A stretch of DNA of 50,937 bases from assembly GCA_044229145.1 (NCBI GenBank), contig JBGATO010000027.1, forward strand, positions 1-50,937, read 5' to 3'. Position 1 is the stretch's first letter. Each line of letters opens with the position of its first letter. Shown one piece after another: positions 33,032 to 45,373 of this stretch. The DNA comes from Candidatus Eiseniibacteriota bacterium (GTDB lineage Bacteria; Eisenbacteria; RBG-16-71-46; CAZEPH01). Made by a program: the position numbers and the translations under genes. The notes below the pieces were generated by a model. That model had not been told where the DNA came from and did not search any database. It saw only the letters and a list, made by a program, of their open reading frames with translations.

Positions 33032-33374
33032 TCACAGAAGGCGCACGAGATCGCGGCCGGGGTTCCCGGGCAGATCGCGTGCTTCGATCGTCGTGCCGGC
33101 GCGCTCCAGCGCGCGCAACGCCTCGCAATCGGCGTCGTCGACGAACACGTACGGCAACACTTCGCGCTTGCCGGCGCTGTAATGCATCCCGCCGACGTTG
33201 AGCGCGGTTGGCATCTTCGGGCGCCGCGGCAGCATACAACTCCTGTTCCCACGGATTGGCCGCGACCGAAGCATCGACGAGCACGATGTGATCGGGCCGG
33301 AGCGTCGGCCCCCAGCCGATCGACACCTGTCCATGTATCAGGCGATCGTCGACGCGCACCAGGACGATCGCCAT
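33032..33374 (-). pseudogene. PTS mannose/sorbose family IIB component, broken by an internal deletion and frameshift near 33211 (as assembled)
   Basis: The N-terminal part MAIVLVRVDDRLIHGQV...APED and the C-terminal part LNVGGMHY...YVFV...RDLP lie in different frames. The total is 343 nt, against about 160 aa for a typical IIB. Confidence 0.85.
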
Positions 33375-33796
33375 CAGCGCGACGCCTCCGTCGACGGGGC
33401 GCAGGCCCGCACCTCCACCGCGCGCTTGCCGCGATCGGCCAGACGCGCCACCGTCTCCTCCGGCGACCGCACGGCGCGCGAGGCCACGAAATCGAGCAGC
33501 ATCGCCAAGTTCACGCCGCCGGCCACGTGGACGTGCGGGCGCGGGCGCGATGCCATCATCGCCGCGGTGCCACAGCTGCCGCCGAGCAGGTCGACGAAGA
33601 CGACCGCGTGGTCGCCCTCCGGCACGGCGTCGAGCCATTCGCTCACGCGATCGCGCAGCATGTCGCCGCTGCACGCCTCGTTGGAGAGTGCGGTGAGCCC
33701 GTCACGCGAGCCGGCGATGAGTTCGACGGCGGCGAGGAAGGCATCGCCGAGATGGGCGTGCGTCACCAGGAGGCCATGCACGTGCGGCGCGTCCAC
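33374..33796 (-). CDS. PTS mannose/fructose family IIA component
   Basis: Motifs LLVTH (phospho-His), DLLGGS and GVNLAML. Confidence 0.9.
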   Translation of the reverse strand: MDAPHVHGLLVTHAHLGDAFLAAVELIAGSRDGLTALSNEACSGDMLRDRVSEWLDAVPEGDHAVVFVDLLGGSCGTAAMMASRPRPHVHVAGGVNLAMLLDFVASRAVRSPEETVARLADRGKRAVEVRACAPSTEASR

Positions 33797-34761
33797 TATT
33801 CGGGATCCTCGTAGACGTGGGCGCGCTGGCGCTCCGGGCTGTTCATCAGCGCGCGCTGCCGTTCCTCGAGGGCGCGCGCCGGATGGTAGCCCGCGACCTT
33901 GACGAGGTAATTGAGCGCCACGACTTCGCTGATCACCGTGATGTTCTTCCCGGGATGGATCGGGATGGTGACCATCGGAATCGGCACGCCGAGCAGCGTC
34001 ACGGTCTCGTCCTCGAGCCCGAGGCGTTCGTACGGCTTGGTCTCGTCCCAGCGTTCGAGGTTGACCTGCACCTCGATGCGCTTCGATTCGCGCACCGCGC
34101 GGATGCCAAAGATCGCTTCGACATCCACGATGCCGAGACCGCGGATCTCCATGTTGTGGCGCAAGACGGCGTTTCCGGTCCCGAGCAGGATGTTGCCGTA
34201 GCGCCGCGTCACCTTGACCGCGTCGTCCGCCACCAGGCGGTGCCCGCGTTCGACGAGGTCGAGCGCGGTTTCGCTCTTGCCGATGCCGCTGCGTCCGACG
34301 AACAACATCCCGACGCCGTAGACATCCACCAGCGACCCGTGCAGCGTCATCGTCGGCGCGAAGATGTCGTCGAGATACGACGTCAGCTGATGGATGAACG
34401 GTGTCGTGCTCATCGCGGTGCGCAGGATGGGCACGCCCTTCTCGCGCGCCACGGCCCGCATGCGCGCCGGCACCGGCAACCCCTTCGTGATCACGATGGC
34501 GGGGATCGGCAGCGACAACAGCTTCTCACACGCGATGTCGCGTTCGTCTTGCGACAGCGTGCCCAGGTAGCTCAGTTCCGACTGGCCGAAGATCTGCACA
34601 CGTTCGTGCAAGAAGTTTTCGAGAAAGCCGGCAAGCGCGAGCCCTGGCCGGTTGATGTCGCTGACGGTCAACGGCGGATTGTCCGCTCCGACCGGCGTCA
34701 GCAACTCGAGCCCGAGATCGCGCCCCTTGGCTTCGAGCAAATGTTCGACGCGGAGTTTCAT
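33796..34761 (-). CDS. hprK: HPr(Ser) kinase/phosphorylase
   Basis: Motifs NRPGLALAG, GRSGIGKSETALDL, LVADD and EIRGLGI. Confidence 0.97.
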   Translation of the reverse strand: MKLRVEHLLEAKGRDLGLELLTPVGADNPPLTVSDINRPGLALAGFLENFLHERVQIFGQSELSYLGTLSQDERDIACEKLLSLPIPAIVITKGLPVPARMRAVAREKGVPILRTAMSTTPFIHQLTSYLDDIFAPTMTLHGSLVDVYGVGMLFVGRSGIGKSETALDLVERGHRLVADDAVKVTRRYGNILLGTGNAVLRHNMEIRGLGIVDVEAIFGIRAVRESKRIEVQVNLERWDETKPYERLGLEDETVTLLGVPIPMVTIPIHPGKNITVISEVVALNYLVKVAGYHPARALEERQRALMNSPERQRAHVYEDPE

Positions 34762-34779
34762 GCGCGTGGCGGCCGGCGG

Positions 34780-35115
34780 CTACGCCGGCGACTCCGGTCC
34801 GCGCGCCGGCTCGGCGCCGACCTTGGTGGCGCGCTGCTGCAGCCGGTCGCGCTGGTCCTTCACCTGCCGCTCGAGCTTGGCCGCCGCCGCGTCGATCGCA
34901 GTCCTCAGGTCTTCCCCGTCCGCGGTACTGACCAGGTCCTGGCCGTCCGCACGGGTTCGCAGTTCGGCGTGGAAGAGATGCCGCTCGTTCCACAGCACCA
35001 CGGCGACGTCGCCGAGGTTGTCGGAGAAGTGCGCGATCTTCCCGATGCGCGCCTCGGCGCGGGCCTTGACGTCGGGCGTGAGTTCGAGGTGACGGGTGGT
35101 GATGGTGACCTGCAT
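34780..35115 (-). CDS. hpf: Ribosome hibernation promoting factor (short HPF/RaiA)
   Basis: MQVTITTRHLELT...AID....KLERQV; GGAGGGAG RBS; follows rpoN. Confidence 0.88.
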   Translation of the reverse strand: MQVTITTRHLELTPDVKARAEARIGKIAHFSDNLGDVAVVLWNERHLFHAELRTRADGQDLVSTADGEDLRTAIDAAAAKLERQVKDQRDRLQQRATKVGAEPARGPESPA

Positions 35116-35146
35116 GGTCTCCCTCCTTCTGCGGGCCGGGCGCGGC

Positions 35147-36661
35147 CTAGCTCTCGTCCTCGCCCGGCGCATCGTGGGCGCCGGAGCCGCCGGCCGCGCG
35201 GCGGGCGCCATCATAACGCCGCCGGCTGCGCGCGGGGAGGATGCGGAGTTGATCGCGGTACTTCGCCACCGTCCGGCGCGCGATTTCCATCCCCTGCTCC
35301 TTGAGTCGCTCGGCAATCTGTTGGTCGGACAGCGGCGAGGCGGGATCCTCCTCTGCCACCAGCCGGGCCACTTCCTGTTTGACCGCCTTCGAGCTGATAT
35401 CTTCCCCGTCGTCGGTGGTGATACCGCCGGAGAAGAAGAATTTCAGCTCGAAGACCCCGCGCGGCGTTTGGGCGTACTTGCCCTTGGTCACGCGGCTCAC
35501 CGTCGATTCGTGCACTTCGACTTCCTGCGCCACCTGCTGCAAGGTGAGCGGCCGGAGCGCGGCGATGCCTTTCTCGAAGAACTCCTGTTGGATGTCGACG
35601 ATACACTCCATCACGCGGACGATGGTGCGCCGCCGGTGTTCGATGGTGTCGATCAGCCACTTCGCCGAGTTGAGGCGCTCGTTGACGTACTTGCGCGTCT
35701 GCGAGTCCTTGTCGGCGGTGCGCAGCACGCTTTCGTACGTCGCGTTGATGCGCAGGCGCGGCAGGTTGCGGTCATTGACCTGCACGACGAACTTATCGCC
35801 GACGCGATCCACCACGAGGTCCGGCGTCACGTACTTCGGCGCCTCGGTCGAATATTCGGCCCCGGGGCGCGGATTCAGCCGCGCGATGGCGTCGGCAGCC
35901 GCCTGCACTTCGGTGACATCGACCTTGAAGGCACGGGCGATGTCGGGATAGCGGCGCTCGCTGAGATCGTGGAACCGCTCGCGGATGATCCGCGCCTGCA
36001 ACGTGCCGGACTCGTCGCGCGCGGCGAGTTGCAGCAGCAGGCATTCGGGCAGATCGCGGGCGCCGACGCCGGCCGGCTCGAAGGTCTGGATGACCGCCAG
36101 CATCGCCAGCACTTCATCGGGGGTCGCCGGCATTTCGGCGGCAATTTCGTCCACCGTGCTGGCGAGGAAGCCGCGGTCGTCGATCGACCCGATGATGTAC
36201 TCGCCGACCTCGAGTTGCCGCTCGTCCGAGACCGCGAGCCGCAGCTGCGCCGACAGGTGATCGGCCAGCCCGATCGACGCCACCGGCACGCGCTCGAGGA
36301 ACTCGGCGGACGGATCGAACTCCTGCCCGTAACTGCCGCGGGTGTCGAGGTCGTCGTTGACGAAGTCGCTCCAGTCGATCTCCTCGCGGCGCTCCTCCTG
36401 CTCGCGCTGCTCCTGCTGCACGCGTTCCGGCTGTTCGGGCTCGGGCGGCGCGACCTCCGCGGTGGGCAGTGGCGTGTCGGCGTCCGCCTCGTCGGAGACG
36501 TCGTCGTCGAACTCGAGCACCGGATTCTGCGTGACCTCTTCTTTGATCCGCAGCTCGAGTTCTTGGATGGGCAGCTCCAGCAGCTCCAACGCGGCGATCA
36601 TCTGCTGATTGAGCTGCAGCGTCTGCGTCATGCGCTGGTGCAGGGAGTGCTTCATCTCCAT
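35147..36661 (-). CDS. rpoN: RNA polymerase sigma-54 factor
   Basis: Q/L-rich N-terminus, NPVLE, HESTVSR HTH and RpoN box ARRTVAKYR. Confidence 0.97.
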   Translation of the reverse strand: MEMKHSLHQRMTQTLQLNQQMIAALELLELPIQELELRIKEEVTQNPVLEFDDDVSDEADADTPLPTAEVAPPEPEQPERVQQEQREQEERREEIDWSDFVNDDLDTRGSYGQEFDPSAEFLERVPVASIGLADHLSAQLRLAVSDERQLEVGEYIIGSIDDRGFLASTVDEIAAEMPATPDEVLAMLAVIQTFEPAGVGARDLPECLLLQLAARDESGTLQARIIRERFHDLSERRYPDIARAFKVDVTEVQAAADAIARLNPRPGAEYSTEAPKYVTPDLVVDRVGDKFVVQVNDRNLPRLRINATYESVLRTADKDSQTRKYVNERLNSAKWLIDTIEHRRRTIVRVMECIVDIQQEFFEKGIAALRPLTLQQVAQEVEVHESTVSRVTKGKYAQTPRGVFELKFFFSGGITTDDGEDISSKAVKQEVARLVAEEDPASPLSDQQIAERLKEQGMEIARRTVAKYRDQLRILPARSRRRYDGARRAAGGSGAHDAPGEDES

Positions 36662-36672
36662 GACGGGCTCTC

Positions 36673-37470
36673 CTACAGGCGGAAGCGCTCGCCGAGGTAG
36701 ACACGGCGCGCGGCCGGATCGTCGGCGAGTTGCGCGGCGGTGCCCGACACCACGATGCGGCCGCGGTACAGGATGTACGCCCGGTCGGTGGTGCTCAGCG
36801 TTTCGCGCACGTTGTGATCGGTGATCAGGATGCCGATGCCGAGATCGCGCAAGCGGCCGACGATGTCCTGCAGCTCGCTCACCGCGATGGGATCGATCCC
36901 GACGAACGGTTCGTCGAGCAAGAGGAAGCGCGGACGGGTAACGAGCGCGCGGGCGATCTCGACACGACGCCGCTCGCCGCCGGACAGTGCGTACGCCTGG
37001 CGCCGCGCCAGCTGTGTGAGGTCGAGACTCTCGAGAAGCGCGTCGCACCGCTCACGCCGCTCGCGCGCGGTGCCCGGCTGCGTCTCGAGGATGGCGCGCA
37101 CGTTGTCGCGCACACTCATCTGGCGAAACACCGACGGCTCCTGCGCCAGGTATCCGATGCCGAGGCGCGCGCGACGGTGCATCGCCAAGCGCGTGATCGC
37201 GGTCTCGCCCAGATGAATGGTGCCGCCGTCGGCATGGGCGAAGCCGACGATCATCTGGAACGTCGTGGTCTTGCCCGCCCCATTCGGCCCCAGCAGACCG
37301 ACCACTTCGCCCGCGCCCACGTGCAACGAGACGCCGTCCACGACGCGATTGCCGCCGTAGACCTTCACCAGGCCCTCGGCGCGCAGGTCCAGCGCTTCCG
37401 TGACGCGCGGCACCACGCCATCGAGCGCGCCGATGGTCGGGACGAGCGGCGGGGCGGTGTCAGTCGACAT
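36673..37470 (-). CDS. lptB: LPS export ABC transporter ATP-binding protein
   Basis: Motifs GPNGAGKTT, YLAQEPSVF, LSGGERRR, LLDEPF and TDHNVRETL. Confidence 0.96.
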   Translation of the reverse strand: MSTDTAPPLVPTIGALDGVVPRVTEALDLRAEGLVKVYGGNRVVDGVSLHVGAGEVVGLLGPNGAGKTTTFQMIVGFAHADGGTIHLGETAITRLAMHRRARLGIGYLAQEPSVFRQMSVRDNVRAILETQPGTARERRERCDALLESLDLTQLARRQAYALSGGERRRVEIARALVTRPRFLLLDEPFVGIDPIAVSELQDIVGRLRDLGIGILITDHNVRETLSTTDRAYILYRGRIVVSGTAAQLADDPAARRVYLGERFRL

Positions 37471-38011
37471 GGAAATCGCCCGTACGGTCGATGACGTGCG
37501 CCTGCAGCTGGCCGAGGATGCGGTAGGTCTTCAGCGAGGCATCGCTGTCGAAGCCGACGCCGCTCACCCGCGAGCCCCGACGTTCGAGGGTCACGCGCGC
37601 AGCGGTCATCAAGCGCTGCGCGCCGCCGAGCAATTGGAGGCTGTCGCTCGTCACGACGAGGCCGTCGCGGCCTTCCAGGCGCACGCCGCCACGCGCCCAG
37701 ACGTCCTGCGAGAAGCGGTTCACGGTGGCCGCTCCGGCGCGTGCGAGCGCCGAGCGCTGTCCGCCGGTGTCGAGCACTTCGAGTTCGGGCGACCGCACGT
37801 CGAGACCGGCGTTGGGATCGCCTTCGGCGGCCGGCGCACGCAGGATCCAGTCAGGGTGCCCGGCAGTCGAGGACACCGCGCTGACGTCGACCAGGACCGC
37901 GACCGGCAATGACGGCGGCTCGGCGCGCGGTGCGGTGCTCGCGCCCGAGCAGCCGCCGAACAGCGACGCTCCCGCGAGTACCACCGCGACCATGCCCTGT
38001 CGTCCGTTCAG
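37460..38011 (-). CDS. lptC: LPS export periplasmic protein LptC-like (start CTG 38011 or ATG 37993)
   Basis: Lipoprotein-like LFGGC, beta-jellyroll-like strands and C-terminal GVGFDSD; lies directly before lptB. Confidence 0.75.
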   Translation of the reverse strand: MNGRQGMVAVVLAGASLFGGCSGASTAPRAEPPSLPVAVLVDVSAVSSTAGHPDWILRAPAAEGDPNAGLDVRSPELEVLDTGGQRSALARAGAATVNRFSQDVWARGGVRLEGRDGLVVTSDSLQLLGGAQRLMTAARVTLERRGSRVSGVGFDSDASLKTYRILGQLQAHVIDRTGDFHVD

Positions 38012-38907
38012 TCCGCGCCTCCTAGCCGGTCGTGAAACCACACCCAATCCATGGGCGATTCGCGCAAGTGCGCGTCCAGCACCCGCGTCGCCTCGCGCGT
38101 GGCGCGTCGCACATCCTGCGAACGCACGCTCGCGACGGGAATGGCGTCGCTCACCTGGATGCGCACCTCCGCGCCGCCGCGCGAACGGCTCGCGGTCGCA
38201 ACGTGGAGCGGGACTCCGGCGCGCGCGGCGAGCCATGCCGGCCCGGCAGCCGTCGCCGCGGGAACGCCCCACCACGTGGCAGTGATGCTGCGTCCGCGCG
38301 GCGCTTGATCCAGCACCACGCCGAGCACGCCCCCCGTCCGGACCCATTCGACGAGCGTGATCGCGGACGTCGTGCCGCGTGCGAACAACCGCACGCCACG
38401 TGCGGTGCGCAGCCGCTGTACCAGCGCATCGAGCGCCGGATCGCGGAGTGGCCGCACCACCAGGCCGGCCGGGTACCCCGCACCGGCAACCGCCGATGCC
38501 AAAGCCTCCCACGGACCGCAGTGGGCGCTGACCAGCACCGCCCCGCGCCCTCCGGCGCACGAGGCCGCCAGGCGGTCCGCCGCACCCGGTGCCCAGGTCC
38601 ACGGCGTGGACTCGGCCGGGGCCGCGAGCGCGTGCAGCATCGAAGCGAGATTCGCCCCCAGGCGCCGTCCGAGCAGTCCAGGAACGGCGGCCCGGAGTTC
38701 GCGCGGCAACGGCCCGCACGCGCGTTCCAGGTTCCCTATCGACCGCGCGGCGTCCGCCGGCCATAGCCATGGCAGGCAGGTCCCGACCGATGCGCCAATC
38801 GCCACCGCGCGATCCGCTGAAGCGCTGGAGATTGTGCGGGTTACCGCATCGAGAGCGATCCGGGCGGCAGCCCGGCGCCAGGGTCTGGTGCGCCGTCGGA
38901 CGGTCAC
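38008..38907 (-). CDS. Lipid A late acyltransferase-family protein (LpxL/HtrB-like)
   Basis: Motifs VSAHCGPWE, VLDQ and terminal P.DWVWFHDR; sits in the kds-lpt cluster. The start is uncertain. Confidence 0.85.
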   Translation of the reverse strand: MTVRRRTRPWRRAAARIALDAVTRTISSASADRAVAIGASVGTCLPWLWPADAARSIGNLERACGPLPRELRAAVPGLLGRRLGANLASMLHALAAPAESTPWTWAPGAADRLAASCAGGRGAVLVSAHCGPWEALASAVAGAGYPAGLVVRPLRDPALDALVQRLRTARGVRLFARGTTSAITLVEWVRTGGVLGVVLDQAPRGRSITATWWGVPAATAAGPAWLAARAGVPLHVATASRSRGGAEVRIQVSDAIPVASVRSQDVRRATREATRVLDAHLRESPMDWVWFHDRLGGAD

Positions 38908-38935
38908 GCTAGCAAAGGCGAGACGGGAGGGTCAA
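38906..38935 (-). promoter_or_regulatory. Possible sigma70 promoter for the lpxL-lptCB-rpoN block
   Basis: TTGACC-N18-TAGCGT with an extended TG. It overlaps the predicted GTG, so either the promoter or the start call is off. Confidence 0.35.
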
Positions 38936-38953
38936 GCACGGCACGTGCCAACC

Positions 38954-39964
38954 TCAGCGTGTGCCGGCGCGCAGGCAGTCGTGGAGGTGCACGACGCCGG
39001 CCACTTCGCCCGCCTCCTCCACCACGAGGGAGGTGATCGGGCCGCCGGGATTGTCCTCCATGCGGGCGATCGCATGGGCCACGAGCGCCTCCGCATCGAT
39101 GCGGCGCGGGTCACGCGTCATCACGTGTTCGACCGGCAGGCCGAGAAGCGCATCGCCGTGGTCGAGCAGCAAGCGCTTGAGATCCCCGTCGGTGAGGATT
39201 CCGTCGACGCGACCGGACGATGGTCCGATGAGGCAGAAGCCAAGGCGCTTCGCGGCGATTTCGGCGATCGCCTCGCGCACGCTGTGGGAGCCGGGCACGA
39301 ACGGCACCGCGGACCCGGTGTGCATGACGTCGCGCACCCGCAGCAACAGGCGGCGGCCGATGGCACCGCCGGGATGCACCAGCGCGAGGTCGTCGCGGGT
39401 GATGCCGCGCGCGGTCATGGTGGCCACCGCCACCGCGTCGCCGAGCGCCAGCATCGCGGCCGCGCTCACCGTCGGGACGGTCTCGAGCGGTCCGGCGTCC
39501 GGCCATTCCCCGACGTCGAGCACACCGTCGGCCGCGCGCGCCAGTGGCGCGTCCGGACTCGCCGTCATCGCCCACACCGCGGCTCCGGCACGCCGCAATC
39601 CCGGCAACAGGTCCGCGAAGGCATCCAGCGCGCCGCTCCGCGACAGGATCAGGGCGACGTCGTCACGCGCGACCAGCCCGAGATCGCCGTGCAGCGCTTC
39701 GACCGGGTGCAGGAAGACGGCGGGCGTGCCGGTGCTGGTCAGCGTCGCTGCGATCTTCTTGCCGATGAGACCGGACTTGCCGAGGCCGCTGACCAGCACC
39801 TTGCCGCGCGTCGCGACGAGCGCGGCCACCAGCCGTTCGACCGCGTCGCGCAGCGGGCCGGCCTCGAGGCGCGCGGCGAGGGCGTCGATGGCGCGGGCTT
39901 CGGCGCGCAGCGTCGCCGCCGCGGGTGCCAGAGGGTCGGCGTGGAGCGAGAGCGGGCGCGTCAT
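38954..39964 (-). CDS. kdsD: Arabinose-5-phosphate isomerase (KpsF/GutQ; SIS plus CBS domains)
   Basis: Motifs GLGKSGLIGKKIAATLTSTGTP, HPVEALHGDLG, HPGG and TDGDL. Confidence 0.94.
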   Translation of the reverse strand: MTRPLSLHADPLAPAAATLRAEARAIDALAARLEAGPLRDAVERLVAALVATRGKVLVSGLGKSGLIGKKIAATLTSTGTPAVFLHPVEALHGDLGLVARDDVALILSRSGALDAFADLLPGLRRAGAAVWAMTASPDAPLARAADGVLDVGEWPDAGPLETVPTVSAAAMLALGDAVAVATMTARGITRDDLALVHPGGAIGRRLLLRVRDVMHTGSAVPFVPGSHSVREAIAEIAAKRLGFCLIGPSSGRVDGILTDGDLKRLLLDHGDALLGLPVEHVMTRDPRRIDAEALVAHAIARMEDNPGGPITSLVVEEAGEVAGVVHLHDCLRAGTR

Positions 39965-40581
39965 CGTCGCGTCGTCCGCCGGCGCGGAGCGTCCGGCTCC
40001 ACCACGCGCACGCGGCCCTCCGCGTCCCACTCGATGCCGAGGAGATCGCGCACGGCGGTTTCGTACGCCCCGCGGGCGCGCAGCGCGGCGTCGGTCAGCT
40101 CCCGCAAGGCACCGGTGCCGCCCGCGGCGCAGGTGATGGCCAGCGCTGCGGCCTGGACCTCCGGCAATGCATCCGCGACCGCGACCGGAAAGCCGACCAC
40201 CGCAAACGCCGGGAGATCCTGCACGTCATCGCCGAGGAACGCGGTGTCCTCGAGCGCGACGCCGTGCCGGCGGCACACGTCGCGCACGATGACTTCCTTG
40301 CGGATGCGGCCCTGGTGCAACTCGACACCGAGCTCGTCGGCGCGGCGTGCCACCGCGCGCGACGGGCGCAGTTTCCGTGAGATCCACACGACCGGGATGC
40401 CGGCCGCCTGCGCCATCTGCACACCCATGCCGTCGCGCGCCGCAAAGTTGCGCAACTCTCCGCGATCCAGCATCACGATGCGGCCGTCGGTCAGCGTGCC
40501 GTCGACATCGGCGCAAATCAGGCCGAGGCGCGCCAGGCGTTCGCGCACACTTGGCGCGCTCAGACGTCGCGGCTTAGGCAT
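39961..40581 (-). CDS. kdsC: KDO 8-phosphate phosphatase (HAD family)
   Basis: Motifs DVDGTLTDG, RDG.G, GDDVQD and GGTGALRE. Confidence 0.92.
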   Translation of the reverse strand: MPKPRRLSAPSVRERLARLGLICADVDGTLTDGRIVMLDRGELRNFAARDGMGVQMAQAAGIPVVWISRKLRPSRAVARRADELGVELHQGRIRKEVIVRDVCRRHGVALEDTAFLGDDVQDLPAFAVVGFPVAVADALPEVQAAALAITCAAGGTGALRELTDAALRARGAYETAVRDLLGIEWDAEGRVRVVEPDAPRRRTTRR

Positions 40582-41403
40582 GCGCCACCTCGCGCCGCGT
40601 GCGGTCGAGCGCGACCAGCGCGCCCAGCATCCCGTCGATGGCATCCAGTGGCAGCATGGTTTCGCGATCCGACAAGCCGTGCGCCGGATCCGGATGCGTC
40701 TCGAAGAACAGCGCGTCGACGCCGAGCGCCACCGCTGCGCGCGCCACCGGAATCGCGAACTCGCGTCCGCCCCGCGTCTCCGCGCCGCCCGGACGTTGCT
40801 GCGAATGGGTGATGTCGTACACCACCGGCCAGCCAGTCTCCGCCATGATCGCCAGCGCGCGCATGTCGACCACCAGATCGCCGTAGCCGAAGCTGGTGCC
40901 ACGCTCGGTGAGCAGCACGCCGCCATCGCCCGCGGCGCTCACCTTCTCCGCGGCGAGTCGCATGTCGGCGGGCGGCAGGAATTGCCCCTTCTTCACGTTC
41001 ACCGGCTTGCCGGTGGCCGCCGCGGCTTGCAGGAGCGCGGTCTGGCGGCAGAGGAACGCCGGGATCTGCAACACGTCGGCCACCGCCGCGGCGGCCCCGA
41101 CTTCCTCTCGGCAGTGCACGTCGGTGAGCACCGGCACGCCGCACTCGCGCCGCACCTGCTCGAGCACGCGCAGCCCTTCGTCGAGACCGAGCCCAGTGAA
41201 CGACGCTACCGACGAACGGTTCGCCTTCGCGTAGCTGGCCTTGAAGACGAAGCCGACCTCGTGCCGTCGCGCGATCTCGCGCAACGTTTCTGCGACGCGC
41301 AGGCAGAGCTCCAGACTTTCCACGACGCACGGGCCGGCGAGCACTGTGAGGCGACCCGCGTCGCCGCCCACCGTCACGTCTCCGATGCGAACTGGGTGTC
41401 GCG

Positions 41404-41407
<4 letters not shown>
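40574..41407 (-). CDS. kdsA: KDO 8-phosphate synthase
   Basis: Motifs [29 protein letters not shown] and NVKKGQF. Confidence 0.96.
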
Positions 41408-43022
<1,615 letters not shown>

Positions 43023-43026
<4 letters not shown>

Positions 43027-43808
43027 GCGGTCTCCTTGGGAGCAGAGGAATGCGGGAGAGCGGCACACGCGATCCGTCGCGTCCACTCCGCCCGCGCCCA
43101 GGCAAGATCGTCCGCAGTGTCGACGCCGCCGGCTTGCGGGGCGACCACGACGACGCGGATCGCGTACCCCCGTTCGAGGGCACGCAGTTGTTCCAGCGAT
43201 TCGGCGATTTCGAGCGGCGTGCGCGGCGCCGCGGCGAGGTCGAGCAGCGCATCACGGCGATACACGTAGAGGCCGATGTGGCGCAGCCACGGCGCGCCGT
43301 CGGCGGGCACGCCATCGCGATACACCGGCAGCGCGGCACGCGAGAAGTACAGTGCGCGCCCGTCGCGATCGCACACTACGGTCACCACCTGCGGCGCGGC
43401 GGCCAGCACGGGATCCGCCAACGGCGCGGCCGGCGTGGCGAGCGCAGCCTCGGTGTCGGCGCGCAGCGCCTCCACCGTTGCGTCGATCACCGCGGGATCG
43501 AGGAATGGTTCGTCCGCTTGCACGTTGACCAGGAGTGCGGCGCCGGGATGCCGGCGCGCGATCTCGGCCACGCGGTCGGTCCCGCTGGCGCACGCCGGAT
43601 CGGTAAGCAGGCACCGCACGCCGGCGGCGCGCGCGGCGGCCTCGACCTCTGCGGCGTCGGTGGCCACCACGATGTCGTCGACGGTCCGCGCCTCGCGTGC
43701 TGCGTCGACGGCGTGAAGGAACAAGGGACGGCCACCGAGGTCGGCGAGGACCTTGCGCGGCAGCCGCGTCGAGCCCAGACGCGCAGGGATGACCGCGAGG
43801 ACGCTCAT
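43023..43808 (-). CDS. kdsB: 3-deoxy-manno-octulosonate cytidylyltransferase
   Basis: Motifs [30 protein letters not shown] and [10 protein letters not shown]. Confidence 0.96.
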
Positions 43809-43971
43809 GCGGGGCAAACCGAGAGGGGGCGGGACATCACCCGGCGGCGGACCATCCGTCCGGCGGGCGCGGCGTGGCGGAAAACGGGGTGTGATGCCCT
43901 CGGCCGCATGTCCTCTCTACGCGCACGGCACGACCCGGCGGTCGCGCGCGTGGCACTCGTGTGGGGAGACG

Positions 43972-44022
43972 TCCACGTTCGCCTCACCGCCGCGAGGGAC
44001 GGCGGCAAGGCGAACGGGTGGA
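43972..44022. terminator. Long stem-loop immediately after mdh
   Basis: In the minus-strand RNA, 43976-43992 pairs with 44000-44016 as a 17-bp stem (two G-U), with a 4-bp extension. There is no U-tract. Confidence 0.5.
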
Positions 44023-44028
44023 GCGAGG

Positions 44029-45358
<1,330 letters not shown>

Positions 45359-45373
45359 GAGTGGTCGTCCCTC

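Noticed and set aside
30888..33674. 928-aa ORF as a genuine evolved IIB-GH57 fusion protein
   Set aside because: The linker is the out-of-frame reading of the IIB 3' half, and GH57 has its own SD and GTG.
43811..43845. GGCAAAC...GAGA resembling a c-di-GMP-I riboswitch
   Set aside because: It is on the wrong strand for kdsB, and the downstream GCAAA and P3 elements are absent.
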